A stretch of DNA of 64,000 nucleotides from Collinsella sp. (GTDB lineage Bacteria; Actinomycetota; Coriobacteriia; Coriobacteriales; Coriobacteriaceae), in assembly GCA_019419455.1 (NCBI GenBank), contig DXZW01000018.1, positions 17,676-81,675 on the forward strand, written 5' to 3'. The translations under genes were made by a program, and so were the position numbers. Below are positions 1 through 9,716 of the stretch, in pieces. Position 1 is the first letter of the stretch. Every line of letters starts with the position of its first letter. The notes under the pieces were generated by a model. That model searched no databases and was not told the DNA's origin. It saw only the letters and a list, made by a program, of their open reading frames with translations.

Positions 1-1
1 G

Positions 2-841
2 CCAATCGTCGCCGATATCCATTTTAACCATAAGCTTGCCATTGGCGCTGTCGAGGCTGGTGCCTCTAAGCTGCGCATCAACCCCGGCAATATCGGCGAT
101 TGGGCTAAGGTCGATGCCGTCATCGATGCCGCGGGTGCCGCGGGCTGCGCGATTCGCATTGGCGTGAACGCGGGCTCGCTTGAGCAAGATATTGCCGAGC
201 GCGACGACCTCACGCAGCCCGAAAAGCTCGTGATGTCGAGCGAACGCTTTGTGCGGCACTTTGAGGACCGTGGGTTTACCAACATCGTGCTATCCGCCAA
301 GGCCCATAGCGTACAGACGACACTTGATACCTATCGCGCCCTGTCGCGCGAGATACCGCATGTTCCGCTCCACCTGGGCGTGACGGAGGCGGGGACCAAG
401 CTTCAGGGCACCATCAAGAGCTCTGTAGGCTTGGGTATCTTGCTTTCCGAAGGCATCGGTGACACCATGCGTGTGTCGCTCACGACCGATCCGGTTGAGG
501 AGCCGCCGGTCGCCTGGGGAATTCTACAGTCGCTGGGCCTGCGTCGCCGTGGTCCCGAGATTGTCTCGTGCCCCACGTGCGCCCGCTGCCAGGTTAACCT
601 GATTCCCATCGCCGAGGAGGTCACCGAGCGGCTTAAGAACTATTCCGCGCCGCTTTCGATCGCCGTGATGGGATGTGCGGTCAACGGCCCCGGAGAGGCA
701 TCTGACGCCGACCTGGGTGTTGCCTGCGGACGTGGTCAGGGCCTGCTCTTTTCGCATGGCCAGATCATTGGTAAAGTAGCTGAGGATCAAATTGTCGACG
801 CGCTTATGGCCGAGGTCGACAAACTTATTGAGGAGAAATAA
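2..841 (+). CDS. ispG: 4-hydroxy-3-methylbut-2-enyl diphosphate synthase IspG (5' end outside window)
   Basis: The frame is open from nt 2 (PIVADIHFNHKLA..LRINPGNIGD) into ORF 164..841. C-terminal Cys motifs SCPTCARC..GCAVNGPGE are typical of GcpE/IspG. Confidence 0.9.
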   Translation, partial: PIVADIHFNHKLAIGAVEAGASKLRINPGNIGDWAKVDAVIDAAGAAGCAIRIGVNAGSLEQDIAERDDLTQPEKLVMSSERFVRHFEDRGFTNIVLSAKAHSVQTTLDTYRALSREIPHVPLHLGVTEAGTKLQGTIKSSVGLGILLSEGIGDTMRVSLTTDPVEEPPVAWGILQSLGLRRRGPEIVSCPTCARCQVNLIPIAEEVTERLKNYSAPLSIAVMGCAVNGPGEASDADLGVACGRGQGLLFSHGQIIGKVAEDQIVDALMAEVDKLIEEK

Positions 842-2563
842 ATGACCCGAGCAATGTATATGTCTAAGCTCTATGCGCCGACGCTCAAAGAGGATCCGGC
901 GGATGCCGAGCTAGCGAGCCACCGTCTGCTGCTTCGCGCTGGCATGATCCGCAAGGAGGCCGCCGGCCTGTATTCCTATCTGCCGCTCGCTTGGCGCTCG
1001 ATCCGCAAGATCGAGAACATCGTGCGCGACGAGATGGATGCCGCCGGTGCTCAGGAGCTCATGATGCCCATCATGGTCGATGCCGAGCTGTGGCGTGAGT
1101 CCGGCCGTATCGATGCCTATGGCAAGGAGCTTGTGCGCTTTGATGACCGCCACGGCCGCGAGTTTGTGCTCGGACCCACGCACGAGGAGACCGTGACTGC
1201 CCTGGTGCGCAATGAGTTGCGTTCCTACAAGCAGCTGCCAGTGAACCTTTATCACATCCAGGATAAGTTCCGCGACGAGTTCCGTCCCCGTTTTGGCCTG
1301 ATGCGCGGTCGCGAGTTCATCATGAAGGACGCCTACAGCTTCTCTGCTACGCAGGAGAGCCTGCAGGAGGAGTACGACAAGATGAAGCAGGCCTATGCCA
1401 ACATTTGCGAGCGCTGCTACATCAAGGCTCTGCCCGTTGTCGCCGACTCCGGCGAGATCGGTGGCGATACCTCCGTCGAGTACATGGCTTTGGCCGACGC
1501 TGGCGAGGCTTCGCTCGTCTACTGCGACGATTGCGGCTTCGCTGCCGACGATGAGGCCGCAAGCACCAAGGTCGTTGTGACCGAGGGTCCTGGCGACGGT
1601 ACGCTTACCAAGGTCGAGACTCCGGGCATGGGCACCATCGAGGCCGTTGCAAAGTTCTTCGGCTTCCCCGAGAACGGCACGCGCAAGTCTCTGGCACTCC
1701 TCGACGCCGAGGGCAAGCCCGTCGTGGCCATTGTTCCGGGCGACCACGAGCTCAACGATTGCAAGGCCGAGCATGTCTTTGGCAAGGCCTATCGCATGAT
1801 GACTGATGAGGAGCTCCAGACCTACGGTCTGCATAAGGGCTTTATCGGACCGGTTAACCTGCCCGAGGGCATTCGCCTGGTGTGCGACGAGAGCCTGCGC
1901 GAGTCCAAGCAGTGGGCCTGCGGTGCCAACGAGGTCGATTATCACTTTACCGGTGCCTGCCCCGAGCGCGACTTTACCGTCGACGAGTGGGCCGACCTGG
2001 TAACCGTCGTTGCCGGCGATCCCTGCCCGCACTGCGGCAAGCCGCTCTCTGCTGCTCGCGGCATCGAGGTCTCGCAGGTCTTCCAGCTGGGTACCAAGTA
2101 TTCCGAGGCCATGGGCGCCACCTTTATGGACGAGGACGGCAAGGAGAAGCCGCTTATCATGGGTTGCTACGGCGTTGGTGTGTCCCGCTCGCTTGCTGCC
2201 GTCGTGGAGCAGCACAACGACGAACACGGCATCGTCTGGCCGGTCTCCGTTGCCCCGTACGAGGTCGCGGTGATTCCGCTCGATCCCAAGAAGGAGGAGT
2301 GCGCTAACGTTTGCGACCAAATCGTCGAGGGCCTGTGCGCCGAGGGTATCGAGGTCGTCGTCGACGACCGTGACGAGCGTCCTGGCTTTAAGTTTGCCGA
2401 TAACGACCTCATGGGCTTCCCGTATCAGGTCGTGCTTGGCAAGCGTGGCCTCAAGAATGGTACTGTGGAGCTCAAGGACCGTGCCACGGGCGAGCGTGAG
2501 GACGTGGCGATCGACGAGGTCGTCGCCAAGATTGCCGAGCTTGTTAAGGCGGCCCGCCGTTAA
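842..2563 (+). CDS. proS: Prolyl-tRNA synthetase
   Basis: 573 aa, bacterial-type ProRS with an editing insertion. It has class II motifs (FRDEFRPRFGLMRGREFIMKDAYSF). The ATG directly follows the ispG stop. Confidence 0.95.
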   Translation: MTRAMYMSKLYAPTLKEDPADAELASHRLLLRAGMIRKEAAGLYSYLPLAWRSIRKIENIVRDEMDAAGAQELMMPIMVDAELWRESGRIDAYGKELVRFDDRHGREFVLGPTHEETVTALVRNELRSYKQLPVNLYHIQDKFRDEFRPRFGLMRGREFIMKDAYSFSATQESLQEEYDKMKQAYANICERCYIKALPVVADSGEIGGDTSVEYMALADAGEASLVYCDDCGFAADDEAASTKVVVTEGPGDGTLTKVETPGMGTIEAVAKFFGFPENGTRKSLALLDAEGKPVVAIVPGDHELNDCKAEHVFGKAYRMMTDEELQTYGLHKGFIGPVNLPEGIRLVCDESLRESKQWACGANEVDYHFTGACPERDFTVDEWADLVTVVAGDPCPHCGKPLSAARGIEVSQVFQLGTKYSEAMGATFMDEDGKEKPLIMGCYGVGVSRSLAAVVEQHNDEHGIVWPVSVAPYEVAVIPLDPKKEECANVCDQIVEGLCAEGIEVVVDDRDERPGFKFADNDLMGFPYQVVLGKRGLKNGTVELKDRATGEREDVAIDEVVAKIAELVKAARR

Positions 2564-2596
2564 TCGACGTTTCTGCTATTAGATGTAATTGCGGGG

Positions 2597-2644
2597 CTGC
2601 TCCGTATCTCTCTTAGGATGAGATGCGGAGCAGTCTATTTTGTT
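2597..2644 (+). terminator. Rho-independent terminator after proS
   Basis: A 14-bp stem (CTGCTCCGTATCTC/GAGATGCGGAGCAG, one G-U pair) is followed by TCTATTTTGTT. Confidence 0.7.
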
Positions 2645-2665
2645 GGAATAAACTCGATGGGTAAA

Positions 2666-2701
2666 GAAAACCCCACAGCCCATATGAGCTGCGGGGTTTT
2701 C
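2666..2701. terminator. Bidirectional hairpin between convergent proS and the kinase-like gene
   Basis: Stem GAAAACCCCACAGC / GCTGCGGGGTTTTC with one mismatch; the A/T runs are built into both ends. Confidence 0.6.
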
Positions 2702-2735
2702 TTGTGCCTCCGATGCGAAATAAATCGCTCAGATA

Positions 2736-3500
2736 TTACTGATAATCGACGACGTCGATCCAGTTCTTCAGGAACTCATCGTTCACGTTGCGCTTACGAG
2801 CGAGCTCGGAAGCGGCGACGATGCTCGTCCACTGACGCACGACCTGCATGGGCATGTCGGCGCGGTCGCAGTAGAGCTCCAAGTAGGCCTCAGCCTGGTC
2901 CTTGCTGTTGAGGGCGAAGAGCAGGTAGGTGGTGGCAACGTCGGCAGCAGGGGAGCCCTGGGTGGCGTGTGCCCAGTCGCACACATAGAGCTGGCCGTCG
3001 TCGCCGACGATGACGTTGGAGGGGTTGAAGTCGCCGTGGCAGACCTTGAACTCCTTGGTCATGCCGTCCAGACGCTCCTGAAGGTTGTAGCGCGTGGTGG
3101 CATTGAGCTGATCAAGGCTGTCGATCATGCGGGCGAACTTGTCGCGCTGACGGTTGAGCAGCGGGGAGGTGTAGCCGTGGATCTCGATCTGGAGGCCGAC
3201 GAACATCTCGAGATACTCACCAAAGCGCTGGGGCTCGGCAGTCATCTTCTCGGCAAGGGTGGTGCCCGGAACCTTCTCGGTCACGAGCGCCCAGCCGTTG
3301 GCGTTCTCGAGCTGGGAAACCTCGAGAGCCTTGGGGCTGCGGATGCCGCACTCATTGATGCGGGCAAGATTCAAAGCCTCGTTGAACACGTCGGAGACAG
3401 GCTTGGTCTCGTTAAAGACCTTGACAATCTTGTCGCCCAGGTCGTAAACGACCTTGTTGCCACGGCGGACGAGCTCGGTCTTGGAATCGGGTAGCAGCAT
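2736..3500 (-). CDS. Phosphotransferase enzyme family (APH/choline-kinase-like) protein
   Basis: 254 aa. The catalytic loop CHGDFNPSNVIV and the downstream ..VCDWAHA.. are typical of the APH/ChoK kinase fold. The substrate is unknown. Confidence 0.75.
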   Translation of the reverse strand: MLLPDSKTELVRRGNKVVYDLGDKIVKVFNETKPVSDVFNEALNLARINECGIRSPKALEVSQLENANGWALVTEKVPGTTLAEKMTAEPQRFGEYLEMFVGLQIEIHGYTSPLLNRQRDKFARMIDSLDQLNATTRYNLQERLDGMTKEFKVCHGDFNPSNVIVGDDGQLYVCDWAHATQGSPAADVATTYLLFALNSKDQAEAYLELYCDRADMPMQVVRQWTSIVAASELARKRNVNDEFLKNWIDVVDYQ

Positions 3501-3532
3501 GGTTGCATCCTTTCAACGATGCGATAGAAGCG

Positions 3533-3571
3533 ACGGCGGGGGTGTGTGAAACACCCGTGCACCCCCGCCGT
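3533..3571 (-). terminator. Terminator-like hairpin downstream of adhE
   Basis: A 12-bp GC stem (ACGGCGGGGGTG/CACCCCCGCCGT) lies 18 nt past the adhE stop. There is no clean U-tract on the minus strand. Confidence 0.5.
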
Positions 3572-3588
3572 TAAAAACCGTGCTAAAA

Positions 3589-6237
3589 CTAGCAGACGGC
3601 GTAGTCCTGAGGCTCGCGGCCGTAGTAGGCGTCCAGGTAGAGCTCCTTGATCTCGCTCATGAGCGGGTAGCGCGGGTTGGCGCCGGTGCACTGGTCGTTG
3701 AATGCCTGCTCGGTCATCTCGTCGAGGGTGTCGAGGAAGTACTGCTCGTCAACACCGTAGTCGGCGATGGTCTTCTTGACGCCGATGAAGTCCTTGAGCT
3801 CCTCGAGCTTCGTGATGAAGTTCTCGAAGACCTCCTTGTCGTCCTTGCCCTCGATGCCGCAGTACTTGGCCATCTCGGCGTAGTTGTGCAGCGCGTTGGG
3901 GTAAGGATACTGGGAGAACGTGCCCATCTTGACGGGAGCCTCGGCGGCGTTGTAGCGCATAACGCGGGTCAGGATGACGGCGTTTGCGAGGCCGTGGGGC
4001 AGGTGATGGAAAGCGCCGAGCTTGTGGGCCATGGAGTGGTTGAGGCCCAGGAAGGCGTTGGCGAAGGCCATGCCGGCCATGCAGGAGGCGTTGTGCATCT
4101 CCTCGCGGGCGTGCGGGTCCTTGGCGCCGTTCGTGAAGCTGGAGGGCAGGTTCTCGAAGACGAGCTTAGCAGCGCGCTCGGAGAGGCCCTTGGTGTAGTC
4201 GGAAGCCATGATGGAGACGTAGGACTCGATGGCGTGCGTCATGACGTCGATGCCGGAGGCAGCGGTCAGGCCGCGCGGGGCGGTCATGCAGTTGTCGGCG
4301 TCGACGATAGCCATGTTGGGAAGCAGCGCGTAGTCGGCGAGCGGCCACTTGATGCCGGTCTCCTTGTCGGTGATGATGGCGAACGGCGTGCACTCGGAGC
4401 CGGTACCCGAAGAGGTCGGGACGGCGACGAAGTAGGCCTTCTTGCCCATCTCGGGGAAAGTGAAGATACGCTTGCGGATGTCCATGAAGTCCATGGCCAT
4501 GTCCTCAAACTTGCACTCGGGGTGCTCGTACATCATCCACATGATCTTGCCGGCGTCCATAGCGGAGCCACCGCCGACGGCGATGATCACGTCAGGCTCA
4601 AAGAGAGCCATCTGCTTGGCGCCGCGACGTGCGCACTGCAGCGACGGATCGGGCTCGACGTCGTAGAAGCAGTCGTGGGCGATGCCCATCTCGTCGAGCT
4701 TGGCCTCGATGGCGCGGGTGTTGCCATTCTTGAAGAGGAACTGGTCGGTGACGATGAAGGCGCGCTTCTTGCCCATGACGGTACCGAGCTCGTCGAGGGC
4801 GACGGGCGTGGAACCCTTCTTGAAGTAGACCTTCTCGGGAGCGCGGAACCACAGCATGTTCTCACGGCGCTCGGCCACAGTCTTAACGTTGATCAAGTGC
4901 TTCACCCCAACGTTCTCGGAGACGGAGTTGCCGCCCCAGGAGCCGCAGCCCAGGGTCAGAGACGGCTTCATGCCAAAATTGTACAGGTCACCGATGCCGC
5001 CGTGCGAGGACGGGGTGTTGATGACGATACGGCAGGCCTTCATGACGTGCTCGAACAGGCTGATCTTCTCGGCCTGGGCGGGGTGCACATACAGAGAGGC
5101 GGTGTGGCCCGGGCCACCGGCGAGCACCAGGTGCTCGGCCTTGTCGACGGCCTCCTGGAAGTCCTTGGCGTGGTACATGGCCAAGACCGGGGAGAGCTTC
5201 TCGTGGGAGAACTCCTCCTTTGCGGGGTCGGTGGAGGTGACCTCGGCGATCAGGATCTTGGTCTTTGCGGGAACCTCGATGCCGGCGAGCTCGGCGATCT
5301 TAGCGGCAGCCATGCCGGGGATGCGGTGGTCGAGAGCGCCGTTCTTGAACATGGCGCCACGCAGGGCCTCCATCTCGGCACCCTGCTTGACGAAGTAGCA
5401 GCCGCGCTTCTGGAACTCGGCCTTAACCTGGTCATAGATGGTGTCGATGACGGTCACGGACTGCTCGGAAGCGCAGATCATGCCGTTGTCGAAGGTCTTG
5501 GAGTGGATGATGGAGTTGACGGCGAGCAGCACGTCGGCGGTGTCGTCGATGATGACCGGGGTGTTACCGGCGCCAACGCCCAGGGCGGGCTTGCCCGAGG
5601 AGTAAGCGGCCTTGACCATGCCCGGGCCACCGGTGGCGAGGATGATGTCGACGTCGCGCATAACCATGTTGGTCAGCTCGATGGAGGGGACATCGACCCA
5701 GCCGATGATGCCCTCGGGAGCGCCAGCCTTGACAGCGGCGTCAAGCACGAGCTTGGCGGCGGCGATGGTGCACTTGGCGGCAGCCGGGTGCGGGGAGATG
5801 ATGATGCCGTTGCGGGTCTTCAGGCTGATCAGCGTCTTGAAGATTGCGGTGGAGGTGGGGTTGGTCGTCGGGATGACGGCGCCCACGATGCCGATGGGCT
5901 CGGCGATCTTGGTGATGCCGTAAGCCTCGTCGCGCTCCAGGACACCACAGGTCTTGGTGTTCTTGTAAGCGTTGTAGATGTACTCTGCGGCGTAGTGGTT
6001 CTTGATGACCTTGTCCTCAAGAACGCCGCGGCCGGTCTCCTCGATGGCCATTTTCGCCAACGGGATACGAGCCTTGTTGGCGGCCATGGCGGCCTCATAG
6101 AAGATCTTGTCGACCTGCTCCTGCGTGTACGTAGCAAAAAGCGCCTGGGCCTCTCGCATCTGAGCGAGCTTAGCCTCAAGCGCCTCTACGTTGTCCACAA
6201 TTGCGGGAGTAGTGTTTTCCGGTGACTTTTTCACCAT
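3589..6237 (-). CDS. adhE: Bifunctional acetaldehyde-CoA/alcohol dehydrogenase AdhE
   Basis: 882 aa, with an N-terminal aldehyde dehydrogenase domain and a C-terminal iron-type alcohol dehydrogenase domain (GGGSAMDAGK, His-rich metal site). Confidence 0.95.
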   Translation of the reverse strand: MVKKSPENTTPAIVDNVEALEAKLAQMREAQALFATYTQEQVDKIFYEAAMAANKARIPLAKMAIEETGRGVLEDKVIKNHYAAEYIYNAYKNTKTCGVLERDEAYGITKIAEPIGIVGAVIPTTNPTSTAIFKTLISLKTRNGIIISPHPAAAKCTIAAAKLVLDAAVKAGAPEGIIGWVDVPSIELTNMVMRDVDIILATGGPGMVKAAYSSGKPALGVGAGNTPVIIDDTADVLLAVNSIIHSKTFDNGMICASEQSVTVIDTIYDQVKAEFQKRGCYFVKQGAEMEALRGAMFKNGALDHRIPGMAAAKIAELAGIEVPAKTKILIAEVTSTDPAKEEFSHEKLSPVLAMYHAKDFQEAVDKAEHLVLAGGPGHTASLYVHPAQAEKISLFEHVMKACRIVINTPSSHGGIGDLYNFGMKPSLTLGCGSWGGNSVSENVGVKHLINVKTVAERRENMLWFRAPEKVYFKKGSTPVALDELGTVMGKKRAFIVTDQFLFKNGNTRAIEAKLDEMGIAHDCFYDVEPDPSLQCARRGAKQMALFEPDVIIAVGGGSAMDAGKIMWMMYEHPECKFEDMAMDFMDIRKRIFTFPEMGKKAYFVAVPTSSGTGSECTPFAIITDKETGIKWPLADYALLPNMAIVDADNCMTAPRGLTAASGIDVMTHAIESYVSIMASDYTKGLSERAAKLVFENLPSSFTNGAKDPHAREEMHNASCMAGMAFANAFLGLNHSMAHKLGAFHHLPHGLANAVILTRVMRYNAAEAPVKMGTFSQYPYPNALHNYAEMAKYCGIEGKDDKEVFENFITKLEELKDFIGVKKTIADYGVDEQYFLDTLDEMTEQAFNDQCTGANPRYPLMSEIKELYLDAYYGREPQDYAVC

Positions 6238-6330
6238 TTGTGTCTCCTTGCGATCGGAGATTTACCCTACAAGATGCATGATAGCAAGAAATAATTCGGT
6301 GAACGGTCAGATTCCTCTAAAAGGCACACT

Positions 6331-6357
6331 AAAACGCTTCAATAAAATGAAGCGTTT
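6331..6357. other. Perfect 11-bp palindrome with A/T-run ends, upstream of adhE
   Basis: The sequence is AAAACGCTTCA-ataaa-TGAAGCGTTTT. It could act as a bidirectional intrinsic terminator (insulator) or as an operator. Confidence 0.5.
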
Positions 6358-6393
6358 TAACTAGAACTATCTGCCTGCTGCATCTCCCCGCTT

Positions 6394-6440
6394 ATTGGGG
6401 ACAGACTTACATGAGTGCTTTCACTCATTTGGGACAGACA
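6394..6440. repeat. Left inverted repeat of the Y1 unit
   Basis: The sequence is ATTGGGGACAGAC-TTAC-ATGAGTG-cttt-CACTCAT-TTGGGACAGACA: two direct GGGACAGAC copies flanking a 7-bp hairpin. Confidence 0.9.
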
Positions 6441-6569
6441 TCGTTTTGCCATTTTGCCGTTCTGGGCCTGTTATTGCCGCTTATTGGATATAAATAGGTT
6501 GCAGGCTCAGCATTTCGCGTTGCTTCTCTCCTTTTAGGTGTTGCCTGAACAGTTTTGAAAGGAGAGATT

Positions 6570-7346
6570 ATGCCCCGATGCGCCCGCCCCGTTTCGATCA
6601 CCGGCTATTACCACGTCTTTGACCGCGGCAACTCCAAACAGATTATTTTTGAAGATGACTCCGACCGTTATCGTTTCTTATCGGATATCTCGGACAGGTT
6701 TGCGCGCCATGAAGTGGCGGTGTTGGCTTGGTGCCTTATGGACAATCACTTCCATTTGATGGTTGATGACCCATTTGACAACCTTTCAAAGGCAATGCAG
6801 TGCGCGCTGACGGCATATGCTAAGTATTTCAATGGAAAAACGGGGAGAACGGGACATCTGTTTGACAATCGCTATTCGCGGGTCGCGGTTGAGTCGGACA
6901 CGCAGGCGGTGCAGCTGCTCGACTATATTCATCTCAATCCCGTGAAGGGTGCGCTTGACTCGCTCGATGCGTACCGCTGGTCAAGCTATAAGGCGTATCA
7001 GCTGGGCTATGATCCCTTTGACATCTGTGATGCGGCTCCTATGCTCGATATTGTCGGTGGCTCCCGTTGCTATTGCGAGCATCTCGAGGAAGTTGCCGGG
7101 CGCATCTGGCCAATGGAGGTTCTTCCACGCCGGCGGATCCCCGATGAGGAGGCCCTTTCCGTTGCGCGCGAAGTTCTGCCGAGCATAGATCCTGCACTGC
7201 TCAAAGCCCTGCCACGCCCCGAACGCGATGCGTGTCTGCTGAGGCTTAGGCGGGCGCATCTCACGGTCAAGCAAATTGCCCGTATCACCGGCATCGGCGC
7301 TACAAGCGTGACCAAGGCAACTGCAGGCTGGAAGGATGCTGCGTGA
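6570..7346 (+). CDS. IS200/RayT-like Y1 (HUH) tyrosine transposase with C-terminal HTH
   Basis: It has an HUH motif (DNHFHLMV) and a Tyr motif (DYIHLNPVKG..YRWSSY). The C-terminal segment LTVKQIARITGIGATSVTKA looks like an HTH. GAAAGGAGAG lies 5 nt upstream of the ATG at 6570. Confidence 0.8.
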   Translation: MPRCARPVSITGYYHVFDRGNSKQIIFEDDSDRYRFLSDISDRFARHEVAVLAWCLMDNHFHLMVDDPFDNLSKAMQCALTAYAKYFNGKTGRTGHLFDNRYSRVAVESDTQAVQLLDYIHLNPVKGALDSLDAYRWSSYKAYQLGYDPFDICDAAPMLDIVGGSRCYCEHLEEVAGRIWPMEVLPRRRIPDEEALSVAREVLPSIDPALLKALPRPERDACLLRLRRAHLTVKQIARITGIGATSVTKATAGWKDAA

Positions 7347-7388
7347 GGCAGGGGCCGGAGCCAGTCAGTGCGTCGCATGCGTGCTTCA

Positions 7389-7435
7389 TGTCTGTCCCCA
7401 ATGCGTGAAAGCACTCATGTAAGTCTGTCCCCAAT
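7389..7435. repeat. Right inverted repeat of the Y1 unit
   Basis: TGTCTGTCCCCAATGCGTGAAAGCACTCATGTAAGTCTGTCCCCAAT is the reverse complement of 6394-6440 with 2 mismatches. Confidence 0.9.
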
Positions 7436-7440
7436 GAGTG

Positions 7441-7474
7441 CAAAAAGGAACCCTCCGTAGGGGAGGGCTCCTTT
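7441..7474 (-). terminator. Rho-independent terminator of rpmB
   Basis: On the minus strand the sequence AAAGGAGCCCTCC-cctac-GGAGGGTTCCTTTTTG forms a stem followed by a T-run. Confidence 0.7.
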
Positions 7475-7542
7475 GGTAAGTTCTATGTGAACGCGAGGTC
7501 TTTGACCCGGAGAGTCCGAGGTACTTGTTGGTAAGACCTTAT

Positions 7543-7731
7543 TTAGGAGCGCGCAACCTTGCCGGACTTGAGGCAGGTGGAGCAAACGTTCATCTTGCGA
7601 CGGTGACCATCGACGACGACGTAGACGCGCTGGATGTTGGGGCGGAACTTACGGTTGGTGACGCGGTGAGAGTGGCTGATGGAGCGACCGGCAACGGGGT
7701 GCTTACCGCAAACTTCGCAAACTTTGGACAT
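7543..7731 (-). CDS. rpmB: 50S ribosomal protein L28
   Basis: MSKVCEVCGKHPVAGRSISHSHRVTNRKFRPNIQ.. is the L28 signature. GGAGG lies 6 nt upstream of the internal ATG at 7731, so the longer ORF start at 7779 was rejected. Confidence 0.9.
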   Translation of the reverse strand: MSKVCEVCGKHPVAGRSISHSHRVTNRKFRPNIQRVYVVVDGHRRKMNVCSTCLKSGKVARS

Positions 7732-7785
7732 AACTGACCCTCCTTGGGCGACAAACGAACATGTCGCGTTAACAAACAAGCCTGA

Positions 7786-7794
7786 ACTATAGCA
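7786..7794 (-). promoter_or_regulatory. Candidate extended -10 promoter for rpmB (TGCTATAGT)
   Basis: Minus-strand TGCTATAGT lies about 55 nt upstream of the rpmB start. The same 9-mer occurs upstream of rpsT. Confidence 0.4.
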
Positions 7795-8058
7795 CAGAAG
7801 CAGCTCCCTGTGCGCAATCTACACAGAGATATTCCTCTTTTGGCGATAGTGCCCACGCTACGGCCCTGGACGTAGATCCGATTTGCGTGCAGCAGAGGGG
7901 ATTATGCCAGCTCGAACCAAGGTTTTCAAGCTCGTCCCACAAATATATATAGGTTTATGGAGTGTTGGGCTCCGTTTACGGATTGCTCTGTATTTATGCT
8001 CGCAATTAAGCTCGAGGTTGGCTACACTATCCAGTGACCATTAAAGGGGTACGAGATA

Positions 8059-8104
8059 CCCACATGGAATTACATTGCTGCCAAAGAGCAGCCCTTCCTG
8101 TGGG
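8059..8104 (+). promoter_or_regulatory. Candidate PyrR-binding leader hairpin
   Basis: The stem CCCACA(T)GGAA/TTCCTGTGGG encloses GCTG-CCAAAGAG-CAGC. The apical loop resembles the PyrR box core (CCAGAGAG). A T7 run follows at 8137-8143. Confidence 0.3.
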
Positions 8105-8170
8105 TGTCTGGTCCGCTTTGAGCGGTCGGGCATCTATTTTTTTGACTGTGTCAGCAGTCAAGACATGTGA

Positions 8171-9699
<1,529 letters not shown>

Positions 9700-9716
<17 letters not shown>

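Larger units (their letters stand above)
6394..7435 (+). mobile_element. Single-gene Y1 (HUH) transposase unit bounded by 47-nt inverted repeats (REPtron / IS200-like)
   Basis: Region 6394-6440 is the reverse complement of 7389-7435 (45/47 by my count). The unit encloses only the Y1 transposase-like ORF and sits between the rpmB terminator and the adhE upstream region. Confidence 0.75.

Noticed and set aside
2736-3500. Considered the APH-family kinase as an aminoglycoside-resistance gene or accessory island.
   Set aside because: Only the generic kinase-fold motifs are visible. There are no flanking mobile elements, and the family includes many non-resistance small-molecule kinases, so resistance cannot be claimed from sequence alone.
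3580-6225. 881-aa ORF on the + strand, antisense to adhE.
   Set aside because: It mirrors the adhE frame exactly and has low-complexity G/V/L/D/A/H composition, typical of GC-rich shadow ORFs. It contains no recognisable domain, and adhE on the opposite strand is unambiguous.
7795-8058. ~260-nt unannotated stretch between the rpmB promoter and the pyrR leader, scanned for an sRNA or small ORF.
   Set aside because: I could identify no convincing promoter-terminator pair, RBS-led ORF or conserved-looking structure by eye. I left it unannotated rather than guess.
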